NCBI GenBank assembly: GCA_963725865.1
Contig: CAVSAC010000012.1
Location: 736,001 to 800,000 of the forward strand
Length of the DNA stretch: 64,000 bases
Direction: 5' to 3'
Origin: Candidatus Eiseniibacteriota bacterium
GTDB lineage: Bacteria; Eisenbacteria; RBG-16-71-46
Shown here: piece by piece, positions 19,937-29,974 of the stretch
How the letters are laid out: every line of letters begins with the position of its first letter
Position numbering within the stretch: position 1 is the first letter of the stretch
Made by a program: the position numbers and the translations under genes
Notes under the pieces: model-generated
Told to the model about the DNA's origin: nothing
The model's input: the letters and a program-made list of their open reading frames with translations, nothing else
Database searches by the model: none

Positions 19937-21064
19937 ATGGACCTCGTCGTGCTCTCGGAGGTGCGCTGGGGCTACTTCCGCACCCGGAAGCAGTTCCTGC
20001 TGTCGCGCTTCCCCGACCGCTGGCGGGTGTTCTTCGCGCAGCCGCCGGCGGCGGGCGCGGACGACCCGTGGACGCCTCGCCGCGAGGGGAACGTGACGTA
20101 CTTCAGCGTGCCGTTCCTCAAGCCCGGTACCACCAGCCCGCTCTACAACGGCGTGGTGGCCACCGCGCCCGGCCGCATGGCGATCGAGGCGGCGGCGGAG
20201 CTCTGGCTGGCGCGCGCCCTGAGGCGGCTCGGCGTGGCGCCCGATCCGGTGGTGATGGTGTCCAACATCTACGCCCCGGGTGCCCTGTCGCGGCTGCGCA
20301 AGGCCATGGTATTCTACGATTTCAACGATGATCCCTTTCAGTTCGCGGGGGTCCCGGCATGGGCCCGCGCGTATTGGCGGCGCACGCTCGACCAGGTGGA
20401 TGCCTTGTTCGTCGTCTCGGAGTTCTACCGTCGTCGACTGAGCAGCGAGATCTCGAAGCCGTTGACGCTGCTCGGCAACGGCGTCGAGGTCGCGCACTTC
20501 GAGTCGCCGCGGGCGCTGCCCGAGGACTTGGCGACCCTGCCACGCCCGCTCATCGGGTATGTCGGACTGCTGTCCCATTTCCTCGACTTCGACGCACTGG
20601 AGGCGATCCGAAGGGCGCGCGCCGGCGGCACCCTGGTGCTGATCGGTCCCCGCTCGCCGGCCACCGACGCGCGGGTGCGCGAGCTGGCGGCGCGCGGGGG
20701 CGTCGCGGTGCTGGGGCCGAAGCCCTACGCCGAGGTGCCGGCCTACATGCAGGGCCTCGACGTCGGCCTCATCCCGTTCCGCGCCGACGATCCGTTCGTG
20801 CAGGGCATCAATCCGAACAAGGTCTACCAGTACCTCGCCGCCGGGCTGCCGGTGGTGACGACGCCGCTGCTCGATCTGCCCGAGGCGCCGCCCCAGCTGT
20901 GGTTCGCCGCCGGCCCGGCGGCGATGGCCGCCGCGGTGTCGGGGGCGCTGGCGTCGCCGGCCGACCGCGGCGCGTGCCGCGCGCTGGCCCGTCCGCACGA
21001 TTGGGGCGCGCTCGCCGCGCGCATGGTGGAGCAGATGGAGTCGCGGCTGGCCGCGGCCTCCTGA
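19937..21064 (+). CDS. GT-B glycosyltransferase (GT4/TuaH-like)
   Basis: GNGV..HF, RPLIGYVG, DVGLIPF, NPNKVYQYLAAGLPVV. Confidence 0.85.
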   Translation: MDLVVLSEVRWGYFRTRKQFLLSRFPDRWRVFFAQPPAAGADDPWTPRREGNVTYFSVPFLKPGTTSPLYNGVVATAPGRMAIEAAAELWLARALRRLGVAPDPVVMVSNIYAPGALSRLRKAMVFYDFNDDPFQFAGVPAWARAYWRRTLDQVDALFVVSEFYRRRLSSEISKPLTLLGNGVEVAHFESPRALPEDLATLPRPLIGYVGLLSHFLDFDALEAIRRARAGGTLVLIGPRSPATDARVRELAARGGVAVLGPKPYAEVPAYMQGLDVGLIPFRADDPFVQGINPNKVYQYLAAGLPVVTTPLLDLPEAPPQLWFAAGPAAMAAAVSGALASPADRGACRALARPHDWGALAARMVEQMESRLAAAS

Positions 21065-21094
21065 GTCCGTCCGACCCGAGATCCCCGGAGCCCC

Positions 21095-23497
21095 ATGTCC
21101 GAGAAGAAGAGCCCCAAGCCGACGCCACGCCGCGCCGCGGCCGGACCCGCGTTCACGCTCACGACCGGCTGGGCCGCGCTCGTGATGGTGCTGCTGGTGG
21201 CGGTGTTCTTCCACGAGCTGGTGGTGGGAGGGAAGACGTTCGTGTCGCCCGATGCGGTGGCGCCCGCGGGGTTCGTGCGCATGGGCGAGCACTCGCTGTG
21301 GGTGGACCACGTCTACCCGCTGTGGAATCCGTACGTGTTCCTCGGCATGCCCTCGTTCGGCAGCGGGGCGTACAACCCGCTCATCTACCCGCCCGATTGG
21401 CCGCTCGCGCTGGTCGCGAAAGTGGTGCCGCTCCCGGACATGACGTGGATGCTCATCTACTATGTGCTCGGCGGGCTGTTCGCGTTCCTGCTCGCGCGCG
21501 AGCTGGGCGCGCGCCCCGAGGGCGCGCTGCTGGGGGCGGCCGCATTCGTGTTCGCGCCCAACCTGGTGGCAGTCGGCTCCCACGGCCACGGCAGCCAGCT
21601 GGTGGACTCCGCGTACCTGCCGCTGCTGGTGTGGCTGACCGCGCGCTGGATGCGACGCGGCGGCCTGCACCACCTCGGCTGGCTGGCGATCGCGGGCGGG
21701 TTCCAGTTCCTGCGCGGCCACGTGCAGGTCTGCTTCTACACCTGGATCGCGGTGGGCCTCTACGCGGGGCTCGCGTGGCTGGAGGGGCTGCGCCGGCCCG
21801 CGGAGCTGCCGCGGCTCACGCTGCGGCTGGCGGGGCTCGGCGTCGCGGTGGCGCTCGCGTTCGGCATCGCGGGGGTCTACGACCTGCCGCTGCGCGACTA
21901 CGCGCGCTGGTCGATCCGCGGCGGCAGCGACGCGGGCGGCGGTACCGGGATGGCGTACGCCACGCAGTGGTCGCTGGCGCCGTACGAGCTGCCGTCGGTC
22001 GTGGTGCCGGGGTGGACCGGCTTCGGCGGGGCGACCTACTGGGGCGGCATGCCGTTCACCGACTACCCGAACGGCTACATGGGGATGATGGCGGTCGTGC
22101 TCGGGCTGTTCGCGTTCACGCGCGGCGGCCTCGCGCGCGCCTTCGCGCTGGCGCTCGCGGCGGTCTCGCTGTGCGTGGCGTTCGGGCGCCACTTCCCACT
22201 GTACGGATTCCTGTACGACCACCTGCCGCTGTTCAACAAGTTCCGCATCCCGGTGATGATCATCCTGCTGTTCCAGCTCGCCGTCGCGCTCGCGCTGGCG
22301 TGGGGCTGGAGCGCCGCGCTGGAGCGTGATCCGGACGCCGCGCGCGGTCGCCGCACCGCGCTGCTCGAGAAAGCGCTGGCGGTCGCCCTCGGCATCGCGC
22401 TGCTCGCGGCCCTGCTGGGGCGCGACAGCTGGCTGACGGCCTACACCCGGTTCGCGGTCCATCAGAAGCCCGACTTCGGCGCCGACGCGGCCGCGTTCGC
22501 GTATCGCGCGTTCATGGGCGACCTCGCGCGCGCGAGCTTCATCGGGCTGCTCGCGCTGGGGCTGTTCGCGCTCGCGCGCCGCGGCCGCCTGCCGGCGGCC
22601 GGCGCCAGCGTGCTCGCGCTGCTGCTGCTCGCGTTCGAGCTGTGGCCGATCAGCACGCGCGTGATGGAGCCGGTGATCGGGCCCGTGGTCGAGCATTCGG
22701 CCGACGTCGGCCGCGACGACGTGGTGGACTTCCTCGTCCAGGCCGCGCCCGCGGACTCCTTCCGCGTGCTCCCGGTCGAGGAGTTCCAGAGCAACCGGTT
22801 CGCGGGTTTCGGGATCGCGACGGTGGGCGGCTACCACGCTGCGAAGACCCGGCTCATCCAGAGCTTCATCGACGCGAATCTCATCGGCGAGCCCGCGTGG
22901 TGGCGGCTGCTGGGCGTGCGCTTCCTCGTCACGCAGCGCGAGTTCCCGGCCACCACGGGCCTGCGCCTGGTCCACGACGGCTCGCAGCGCGTGTACGAGT
23001 TCCCGGTCGTGCTGCCGCGCGCCACGGTGGTGGACCGCTACGTGGTGGTGACGCCGCCGGCGGCGATCCTCGACTCGGTGAAGGCGCAGACCCGCGACGC
23101 CGCCACGACCACGTTCCTCGAGCAGGACCCGAAGCTCGCGCTGGGGCCGGCCGCCGGCGCGCTCGCGCACATCACCTCGTACCGCCTCAACGACGTGCAG
23201 GTGCAGGTCCAGACACCGGCCGCGGCGCTGCTGCGCCTCGCGGACCTGTGGTACCCGGACTGGACCGCCACCGTCGACGGGCGGCCGGCGCCGGTGCTCA
23301 AGGCGGACTACCTGCTGCGGGCGGTCGCGGTCCCCGCCGGCACCCACACCGTGGAGTTCCGGTTCCGATCGCGGGCGCTGCGGACCGGGCTGATGGCGTC
23401 GATCGCCAGCCTGGTGGTGGCGCTCGTCCTGCTCGGCGCGGGTGGGATCGCCCGCCCCCGAAGCGCATCCCCCGTGGCCGGTCGGGAGGCGGCCTGA
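21095..23497 (+). CDS. YfhO-family membrane protein (GT-C)
   Basis: PLWNPYVFLGMP, GHVQ, FNKFRIP; C-terminal WYPDWTATVDG..LRAVAVPAGTHTVEFRF typical of YfhO. Confidence 0.85.
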   Translation: MSEKKSPKPTPRRAAAGPAFTLTTGWAALVMVLLVAVFFHELVVGGKTFVSPDAVAPAGFVRMGEHSLWVDHVYPLWNPYVFLGMPSFGSGAYNPLIYPPDWPLALVAKVVPLPDMTWMLIYYVLGGLFAFLLARELGARPEGALLGAAAFVFAPNLVAVGSHGHGSQLVDSAYLPLLVWLTARWMRRGGLHHLGWLAIAGGFQFLRGHVQVCFYTWIAVGLYAGLAWLEGLRRPAELPRLTLRLAGLGVAVALAFGIAGVYDLPLRDYARWSIRGGSDAGGGTGMAYATQWSLAPYELPSVVVPGWTGFGGATYWGGMPFTDYPNGYMGMMAVVLGLFAFTRGGLARAFALALAAVSLCVAFGRHFPLYGFLYDHLPLFNKFRIPVMIILLFQLAVALALAWGWSAALERDPDAARGRRTALLEKALAVALGIALLAALLGRDSWLTAYTRFAVHQKPDFGADAAAFAYRAFMGDLARASFIGLLALGLFALARRGRLPAAGASVLALLLLAFELWPISTRVMEPVIGPVVEHSADVGRDDVVDFLVQAAPADSFRVLPVEEFQSNRFAGFGIATVGGYHAAKTRLIQSFIDANLIGEPAWWRLLGVRFLVTQREFPATTGLRLVHDGSQRVYEFPVVLPRATVVDRYVVVTPPAAILDSVKAQTRDAATTTFLEQDPKLALGPAAGALAHITSYRLNDVQVQVQTPAAALLRLADLWYPDWTATVDGRPAPVLKADYLLRAVAVPAGTHTVEFRFRSRALRTGLMASIASLVVALVLLGAGGIARPRSASPVAGREAA

Positions 23498-23499
23498 CC

Positions 23500-24216
23500 G
23501 TGGAGCGGCTCATCATCATCCCGACGTACAACGAGTGCGAGAACGTCGTGCCGCTGCTCGACCGGCTGATGGCCCTGCCCTACGGTCTGCACGTGCTGAT
23601 CGTGGACGACAACTCACCGGACGGAACCGCGGCCCTGGTCCAGGAGTACATGACTCGGGAGCCTCGGATCCACATGCTCCAGCGCCCGGGCAAGATGGGC
23701 CTGGGGTCGGCGTACCGGGACGGCTTCCGTTTCGCGCTCGAGCAGGGCGCCCAGTACATCTTCGAGATGGATGCCGACTTCTCCCACGACCCGGGGGCGA
23801 TCGGCGAGTTCCTGAAGGCGGCCGAGGACGCCGACGTGGTCCTGGGGTCGCGCTATCTCCACGGCGTCACGGTGGTGAACTGGCCGCTCAGCCGCCTCAT
23901 CCTGTCGTACACGGCCAACCTCTACACGCGCGTCATCACCGGGCTCCCGGTCAACGACGCCACCGGCGGGTTCAAGTGCTTCCGTCGCCGCGCGCTCGAG
24001 GGAGTCCGGCTCGACCGGGTCCAGTCCGACGGCTACGCGTTCCAGATCGAGCTGTCGTTCAAGTGCTGGAAGCGCGGTTTCCGGGTCCGCGAGATCCCCA
24101 TCCTGTTCGTCGATCGCCGGGCCGGCGTGTCCAAGATGAACCGCCGGATCATCTGGGAGGCGGCTTGGATGGTGTGGAAGCTGCGGCTCGTCGACCTGTT
24201 CGGGCGTCTGGAGTGA
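23500..24216 (+). CDS. Polyprenol-monophosphomannose synthase (Ppm1/DPM1-like GT2)
   Basis: IIPTYNE, VDDNSPDGT, GKMGLGSAY, EMDADFSHDP, DATGGFKCF, GYAFQIE, FVDRRAGVSKM. Confidence 0.92.
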   Translation: MERLIIIPTYNECENVVPLLDRLMALPYGLHVLIVDDNSPDGTAALVQEYMTREPRIHMLQRPGKMGLGSAYRDGFRFALEQGAQYIFEMDADFSHDPGAIGEFLKAAEDADVVLGSRYLHGVTVVNWPLSRLILSYTANLYTRVITGLPVNDATGGFKCFRRRALEGVRLDRVQSDGYAFQIELSFKCWKRGFRVREIPILFVDRRAGVSKMNRRIIWEAAWMVWKLRLVDLFGRLE

Positions 24217-24221
24217 GCGTG

Positions 24222-26484
24222 ATGAAGCGTGTCCTGTCCTGCCTGGTGTTCGCGCGGCCTGCTGGTGGCGATGCCCTCCATCGCATCCGCCGCCGGGCGC
24301 TGGACCACCTATATCCGCGCCTTCGGCGTGAGCGATGTCGAGACGGGGCGCGACTCGGTGTGGTTCGGCACCACCGCCGCCGGGCTGCTCCTCCTCGACC
24401 GCCGCACTGGCGCGATCGAGTCGCAGACCCGCGACTTCGGTGGCCTCTCCGGCAACGAGATCTCGGCGCTCGCCTTCGACCGCAGCCACCGACTCTGGGT
24501 CGGCACGCTCGGCGGCGGGATCGGCCGGCTCGCGAACGACGGGCGCTGGTCGCTGGTCAACGCGTTCGACGGCCTGCCGTCGGACTCGGTGACGGTGGTG
24601 AAGGCGTACGGCGACACCGTATGGGTCGGCACTCCGGGCGGCTTCGCGCTCTGGAACGGGCGCGAGATCACGGGCCGGCTGCCGGACGGCGTCAATCCTT
24701 CGCCGTTCGCGAGCGATCGGATCAGCGGCATCGTGATGATCGGGGACTCGCTGTGGATCGCGACCGCGCGCGGCGTCTACCTGAGCACCCTCTCGACCGG
24801 GCTGCAGAACTGGTCGCTCGAGGTCAGCGGCCTGTTCGGCAGCGACGTGACCGGGATGGCGGCGGCCGGCCGGACGCTGTTCGCGGTCTCGAGCGGCCTG
24901 CTCTGGCGACGCGTCGGCGCCAGTTGGTCGCTCGAGAGCGGACTCGGAACCGTCTACCGGATCAGCGAGGACCACGGCGTGGTGCTGGCCTCGTGCAGCA
25001 CCGGGCTCCAGCGCTGGGACGGCACATCGTGGAACCTCGTCGACGCCGCGCTGGCATCGAACGCGAGCGATCCGCCGAACAGCATCCTGGCCGCCGCCTT
25101 CGACGCGACCGGCAAGTTGTTCGCGGGACTCGAGGGCCGGCTGTGGCTGACCGACTCGCTCGGTGTGACGAGCAGCGTGGTCACGCCCGGCCCGGTGGAC
25201 AACAACCTCGTCAACGTGCTCTCCGACGGCGCCGGCATCTACGTGACCACGCGCACGCGCGGCTCGGCGCGCCTGCGCGATGGCGTGTGGCTCAACTGGC
25301 CGGCGGTGGTGTGCGACACCTGCACCGTGCAGCCGTTCTACGTCGGCGACGGCTTCAGCGCATTCGTGGACGCCGACGGACGCAAGTGGTTCTCGATCTG
25401 GGACGATGCGGTCGAGGTGCTGGACGATAACGGTCCGTCCACCCTGTGGACCCACCTGTGGCGCGGCAGCGGTCGCGCCCTCGACAGCCACACTTGGGGC
25501 TGGTGCGCGGCGGTCGACGCCGCCGGCGGGCGCTGGATCGGCGGCGACTCGCCGTGCATCGACTGCGGTCCCAACACCGCGCCGATCGGGATCGACTACT
25601 ACCGCCCGGGCGTGCCGCTGGAGACCGCCTACGTGCGCACCTACTCGCGGGACAGCACCTCCGGCATGCTCGGCAACCAGATCCGCGCGCTCACCGTCGA
25701 CTCGCGCGGCTACATGTGGGTCGGATACGGGACGGCGGGCGGCGACGGCGGCGTGAACTCGTTCCTCATCCCGTTGAATCCGGGGGATTCGATCGACATG
25801 CTGGGCGAGATCTCCGGACTCTCGACACCGGCGGCCAAGAACGTCTTCGGCGTCGTCACCTACGGCGATTCGGTGTGGGTGATGAGCGAGGACGACCTGC
25901 GCCTGTACGTGAACAACGCCACGGCTCAGACTCCGAAGCTCTTCGACAAGCTCGGCCCGGTCGCGGAGCCGGGCTCGGTGCACCCGCTCGAGATCACCTC
26001 CGACGGTTCGGTGTGGATGGCGGCCGACGGCGGGGTGCGCGTGTACCACCCGAACGGCACCCGCGAGGACTTCACCACCGCCAACTCGGCGCTCGCCAGC
26101 AATACCGTGCGCACCATCCGCCGCGAGGTGGGTTCGAACGCGTTGTGGTTCGGGACGACGGGCGGACTCAACCGCTACGATCCCGACTATGTCGCCCCGC
26201 CGGCTCCGCCGCTCGCGAGTCTGCACGTCCGCGTGTTCCCCAATCCGGTGACGCTGACCAACCTCGGGTTCGGATTGCGGCTGACGGGCGAGGGGACGGC
26301 GTATCGGGGCGGCGTGTACGGGATCGACGGCCGCCGGGTGCGGCCGGTGGTGGTCTCCGGCAACGGCGCGGTAGTCTGGGACGGGCGCGACGACAAGGGC
26401 GAGCTGGTGCCGCCCGGCATCTACTTCGTCCACGTCGAAGCGGGAGGTCGGTCGGCGACCGCGCGCGTCGTGGTGCTGCGCTGA
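24222..26484 (+). CDS. PorZ-like secreted beta-propeller protein with T9SS CTD/FlgD-Ig C-terminus; apparent +1 frameshift in signal peptide at ~24255
   Basis: Repeated propeller blades (GLSGNEISALAFD..LWVGT, LASNTVRTI..LWFGTTGGL); C-terminus VFPNPV..GRRVR..WDGRDDKGELVPPGIYFV..RVVVLR. Confidence 0.78.
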
Positions 26485-26580
26485 GCGCGGCCGGCCGCGC
26501 CCACCGCGGACTGTGAGGACCGAAGTGATCCGATGCGGCCAGGGACGTCACCGACCGGATCCGGTTCAGGCGCGCGTCGC

Positions 26581-27615
26581 GTGAGCGCGCTGGCCGGCCG
26601 CTGCGTCGAGTCCCTGCCGCCCGGCTGGGGCGAGCTCTGCGACGAGGACCCCGGCGCGGGTCCCTCGCATCGTCCCGAGGTGTGGGCGGCGTTCGCCGCG
26701 GCCGTGCCCGGGATGCGATCGGTGCTGCTGCTGGCCGAGCAGGACGGCGTGCTGATCGGCGGCGCGCCGCTCCTGATCGAGCGCCGCGGCGGCCTCTCCT
26801 GGTTGCACGCGCTGCCGTGGGCGCTGTCGGGCGCGCCGCTCGCGCGCGCGGGGCGCCACGCCGAGGTCGACGCCGCGTGCGGCCGCGCGCTGGCCGAGCT
26901 CAAGCGCAGCCTGCGCGCCGCCGGCGGTGGCTGGGCGGTGTACCGCCCGGTGGGTCTGCCGATCGCGACCGCGGCGCTCGAGACCGTGGGCGGCGAGACC
27001 CGGATGCTCGAGGCCTCGGTGGTGGAGCTCGCCGACGGCGGCGCCGCGGCCGCCTGGAAGCGCGTCGACCGGAAGACGCGCACCGAGATGCGGCATGCGC
27101 GCGACACCGGGCTGGTGTTCGCCGAGGAGCCGGGCGCCCTCGAGACGGCGTACGCGCTGCACGTCGCGCAGGGACGCGCGTGGCGGCGCCATCGCCCGCT
27201 GCCACTCGAGCTGGCGCGGCGCGTGCTCGCCGCGGGCAGCGCGGATGCACCGGTCGCCCGGCTGTTCACGCTGCGCGACGGGCGGGGCGTGGTGGCCGCG
27301 CTGCTGGCACTCGACCATCCGCGCGAGACGCTGCCGTGGTGGAGCGGCCTGCACCCGGATGCGCGCTCGCGCCATGCCTCGGCATTGCTGCTCTGGTCGG
27401 TGATCGAGTGGGCGGCGGCGCGAGGGCGCGCGCGGGTGAACCTGGGGGGCAGCGCGGGGCTCGACGCGCTGGCGGCGTTCAAGGCCTCGCTGGGCTCGCG
27501 GGTGGTCCGCTATCCGGTGCGCTGGCTCGATGCCGCCGACGCGCCGCTGGCCGGCCGGCTCGCGGCGCGCCTCCAGCGCCGGCTGCGCGGCCGGCTGGCG
27601 GGGGAGGCCGCGTGA
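26581..27615 (+). CDS. FemAB-like GNAT acyltransferase (Acetyltransf_6 type; alternative start 26533)
   Basis: WKRVDRKTRTEMRHARDTGL, SALLLWSVIEWAAARG..VNLGGS..LAAFKASLG. Confidence 0.78.
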   Translation: MSALAGRCVESLPPGWGELCDEDPGAGPSHRPEVWAAFAAAVPGMRSVLLLAEQDGVLIGGAPLLIERRGGLSWLHALPWALSGAPLARAGRHAEVDAACGRALAELKRSLRAAGGGWAVYRPVGLPIATAALETVGGETRMLEASVVELADGGAAAAWKRVDRKTRTEMRHARDTGLVFAEEPGALETAYALHVAQGRAWRRHRPLPLELARRVLAAGSADAPVARLFTLRDGRGVVAALLALDHPRETLPWWSGLHPDARSRHASALLLWSVIEWAAARGRARVNLGGSAGLDALAAFKASLGSRVVRYPVRWLDAADAPLAGRLAARLQRRLRGRLAGEAA

Positions 27616-28682
27616 AGATCGCGACGCTGTCGAACGCCTCCGTGGTGCACACACAGCGCTGGGTGACGCACTTCCGCGCGCGCGGCCACGACGTGCGCCT
27701 GTTCTCGCTCGAGCCGCCGCCGCCGGGGCTCGCGACCGACGCGCTGCCGCGCGCGCCGCTGCCGGGCGTGCTGCGCTATCCGCTCGCGCTGCCGGCGCTG
27801 CGGCGCGCGCTGGCCGCGTTCCAGCCTGACCTCGTCGACGCGCACTACGTGCCCAACTATGGCCTGCTGGGAGCGCTCTCTGGATGGCGGCCGCTGGTGG
27901 TCTCGGCCTGGGGGTCGGACCTGCTGGTGTCCGGAGGCCGCGACGCGCTCCAGCGCGCCCGCACGCGCTTCGTGCTGCGCCGCGCGGACCTGGTGCTGGC
28001 GGACGCCGAGAACCTCGCGGCCGCCGCGCGCGCGCTGGGCGCGCCGCCGGCCCGCGTGCGCGCGATCCCGTGGGGCATCGACCGCGCGCGCTTCGCGCCG
28101 GCCGCCACGCGCGAGCGCGGCCTGCTGCTCTCGACCCGTATGCACGAGGACATCTACGACATCCCGGTCATCCTCGCCGGCGTGGCGCCCGTGCTCGCGC
28201 GCCACCCGCACGCGCGCCTGGTGCTGACCGGCGACGGGTCGCTGCGGGGAGTACTCGAGCGCGAAGCCGCGCGCCGCCTGCCGGCCGGCCGCTGGAGCTT
28301 TCTCGGTCGCCTCGATCCGGGCGAGCTCGCGGGCTGGCTGGGACGCGCCGAGGTGTACCTGTCGGCCTCGCGCTCGGATTCCACCTCGCTCTCGCTGCTC
28401 GAGGCGATGGCGGCCGGCGCGCTGCCGGTCGTGAGCGACCTCGAGGGCAACCGCGAGTGGGTCGCGGACGGCGAGGGTGCGCGCTGCTTCGTGGTCGGGG
28501 ACGCCGCCGGCCTCACGCGCGCGCTCGAAGCCGCGCTCGCCGACGCGGCCTGGGCGGCCGCCGCGCGCGCGCGCAACGCCCGCGTGATCGCCGAGCGCGG
28601 CGACTGGCACGTCAACCTGGCCCGCATCGAGGCGCTGTTCGCCGCCCTCGCAGCCGGACGCGGAGTGGAGGGCCTGCGATGA
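27612..28682 (+). CDS. Glycosyltransferase family 4
   Basis: HTQRW, HYVPNYG, AWGSDL, SLSLLEAMAAG..VVSDLEGNREWV. Confidence 0.9.
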   Translation: MKIATLSNASVVHTQRWVTHFRARGHDVRLFSLEPPPPGLATDALPRAPLPGVLRYPLALPALRRALAAFQPDLVDAHYVPNYGLLGALSGWRPLVVSAWGSDLLVSGGRDALQRARTRFVLRRADLVLADAENLAAAARALGAPPARVRAIPWGIDRARFAPAATRERGLLLSTRMHEDIYDIPVILAGVAPVLARHPHARLVLTGDGSLRGVLEREAARRLPAGRWSFLGRLDPGELAGWLGRAEVYLSASRSDSTSLSLLEAMAAGALPVVSDLEGNREWVADGEGARCFVVGDAAGLTRALEAALADAAWAAAARARNARVIAERGDWHVNLARIEALFAALAAGRGVEGLR

Positions 28683-29974
28683 GCGAGCGCCGGGTGCTGC
28701 TCCTGTGCTACTTCTATCCGCCACTCGCGGGGGGCGGCGTGCATCGCGTGCTGTCGTTCACTCGCTACCTGCCCGCGCGCGGATGGAAGTGCACGGTCGT
28801 CTGCGCGGGCGAGGAGGACTATTGGGTGACCGATGACAGTCTGCTCGCTCGCGTGCCGGCGGAGACCGAGGTGATCCGCGTGCACGGCGGCAGCGCCCTC
28901 TCGGCGTGGCTGCGGATGCGGCGGGCACGCCCGGGGCAGCGCTCCGGGCGCACGTTCGGGGGCCTGCGCCGGCTGGCGGACTGGTTCCTGCTCCCCGACT
29001 CCTACGCGGGCTGGGCCGCGCGCGCCCGCGCGGCGGCGTTGCGGCGGGTGGCGCAGGGCGGGATCGACGCGTTGCTCTCGTCCTCGCCTCCCGACAGCGC
29101 CCACCTCGCGGGGCTCGCGGTGAAGCGACACACCGGGCTGCCGTGGGTGGCCGACTTCCGCGATCCGTGGTTCGGACTCTACCTGCGCGAGCCGCCGAGT
29201 GCCTGGCACCGCGCCCGCCACGCCGCGATGGAGCGCGCGGTGGTCGGCGGCGCCGACGTGGTGCTGACGGCCTCGCGCACGCACGCGGGCCGGCTGGGCG
29301 CACGCAGCGGCGCCACCGCGCGCGAGGTCGTCCACCTGCCCAACGGCTTCGAGCCGCTCGCGGAGTCGGCGGCGCCGGCGCCGGTCGCCGCGGCCGCGGG
29401 GGAGACGTTCACGCTCGTCTTCACCGGCACGCTGTCACAGATGCCCGACACCGAGACGTTCCTCGAGGCGGTGCACGAAGTGCTCGCCCATCGGCCCGAG
29501 GCGCGGCGCCGGCTGCGCGCGCGGCTGGCGGGTCCCTACGAGACCGACCTCGCGGACCGCGCGCTCGCGCTCGGGCTGACCGGGATCGTGGAGTTCACCG
29601 GTCCGCTCCCGCACGCCGCCACCCGAGCCCTGCAGCGGTCGGCCGACGTGCTGCTCCTGTGGAAGCCGCCCGGCGCGCCGACCATGGTGCCCGGCAAGAC
29701 CTACGAGTACCTGGACGCGGGACGGCCGATCCTCGGGCTCCTCGAGCCCGGTGACGAGGCCGCCGAGCTGGTGCGGCGCGCGGGGGGCAGCGTGGTGCCT
29801 CCGCGCGACCGCGCGGCGCTCGCGGCGTGGATCGACGCTCGCTACGTGGCCTGGAAGGAGGGCGCGCGACCAGCGTCCGCCCGCCCCCCGTGGCTCGAGG
29901 AACACCGGCGCGACCGCCTGGCGGTGCGGCTCGCCGATACCCTGGACCGCCTCACCCGGAAGGGCCGCGCATGA
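28679..29974 (+). CDS. Glycosyltransferase family 4
   Basis: YFYPPLAGGGVHR, LPWVADFRDPW, LPNGFE, VPGKTYEYL. Confidence 0.88.
   Translation: MSERRVLLLCYFYPPLAGGGVHRVLSFTRYLPARGWKCTVVCAGEEDYWVTDDSLLARVPAETEVIRVHGGSALSAWLRMRRARPGQRSGRTFGGLRRLADWFLLPDSYAGWAARARAAALRRVAQGGIDALLSSSPPDSAHLAGLAVKRHTGLPWVADFRDPWFGLYLREPPSAWHRARHAAMERAVVGGADVVLTASRTHAGRLGARSGATAREVVHLPNGFEPLAESAAPAPVAAAAGETFTLVFTGTLSQMPDTETFLEAVHEVLAHRPEARRRLRARLAGPYETDLADRALALGLTGIVEFTGPLPHAATRALQRSADVLLLWKPPGAPTMVPGKTYEYLDAGRPILGLLEPGDEAAELVRRAGGSVVPPRDRAALAAWIDARYVAWKEGARPASARPPWLEEHRRDRLAVRLADTLDRLTRKGRA

Noticed and set aside
17729..23347. 1872-aa minus-strand ORF, and other long antisense or alternate-frame ORFs (e.g. 5296-8247, 11620-14340, 37275-40199, 45851-48712, 60545-63256)
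   Set aside because: Shadow ORFs opposite well-supported genes; Arg/Ala/Pro-rich with no motifs; expected from stop-codon scarcity at high GC.
29933..29940. GCCGATAC inside a GT4 gene, and a lone CTCAAG at 57838
   Set aside because: Each lacks the partner box at 15-nt spacing, so neither is counted as a sigma28 promoter.
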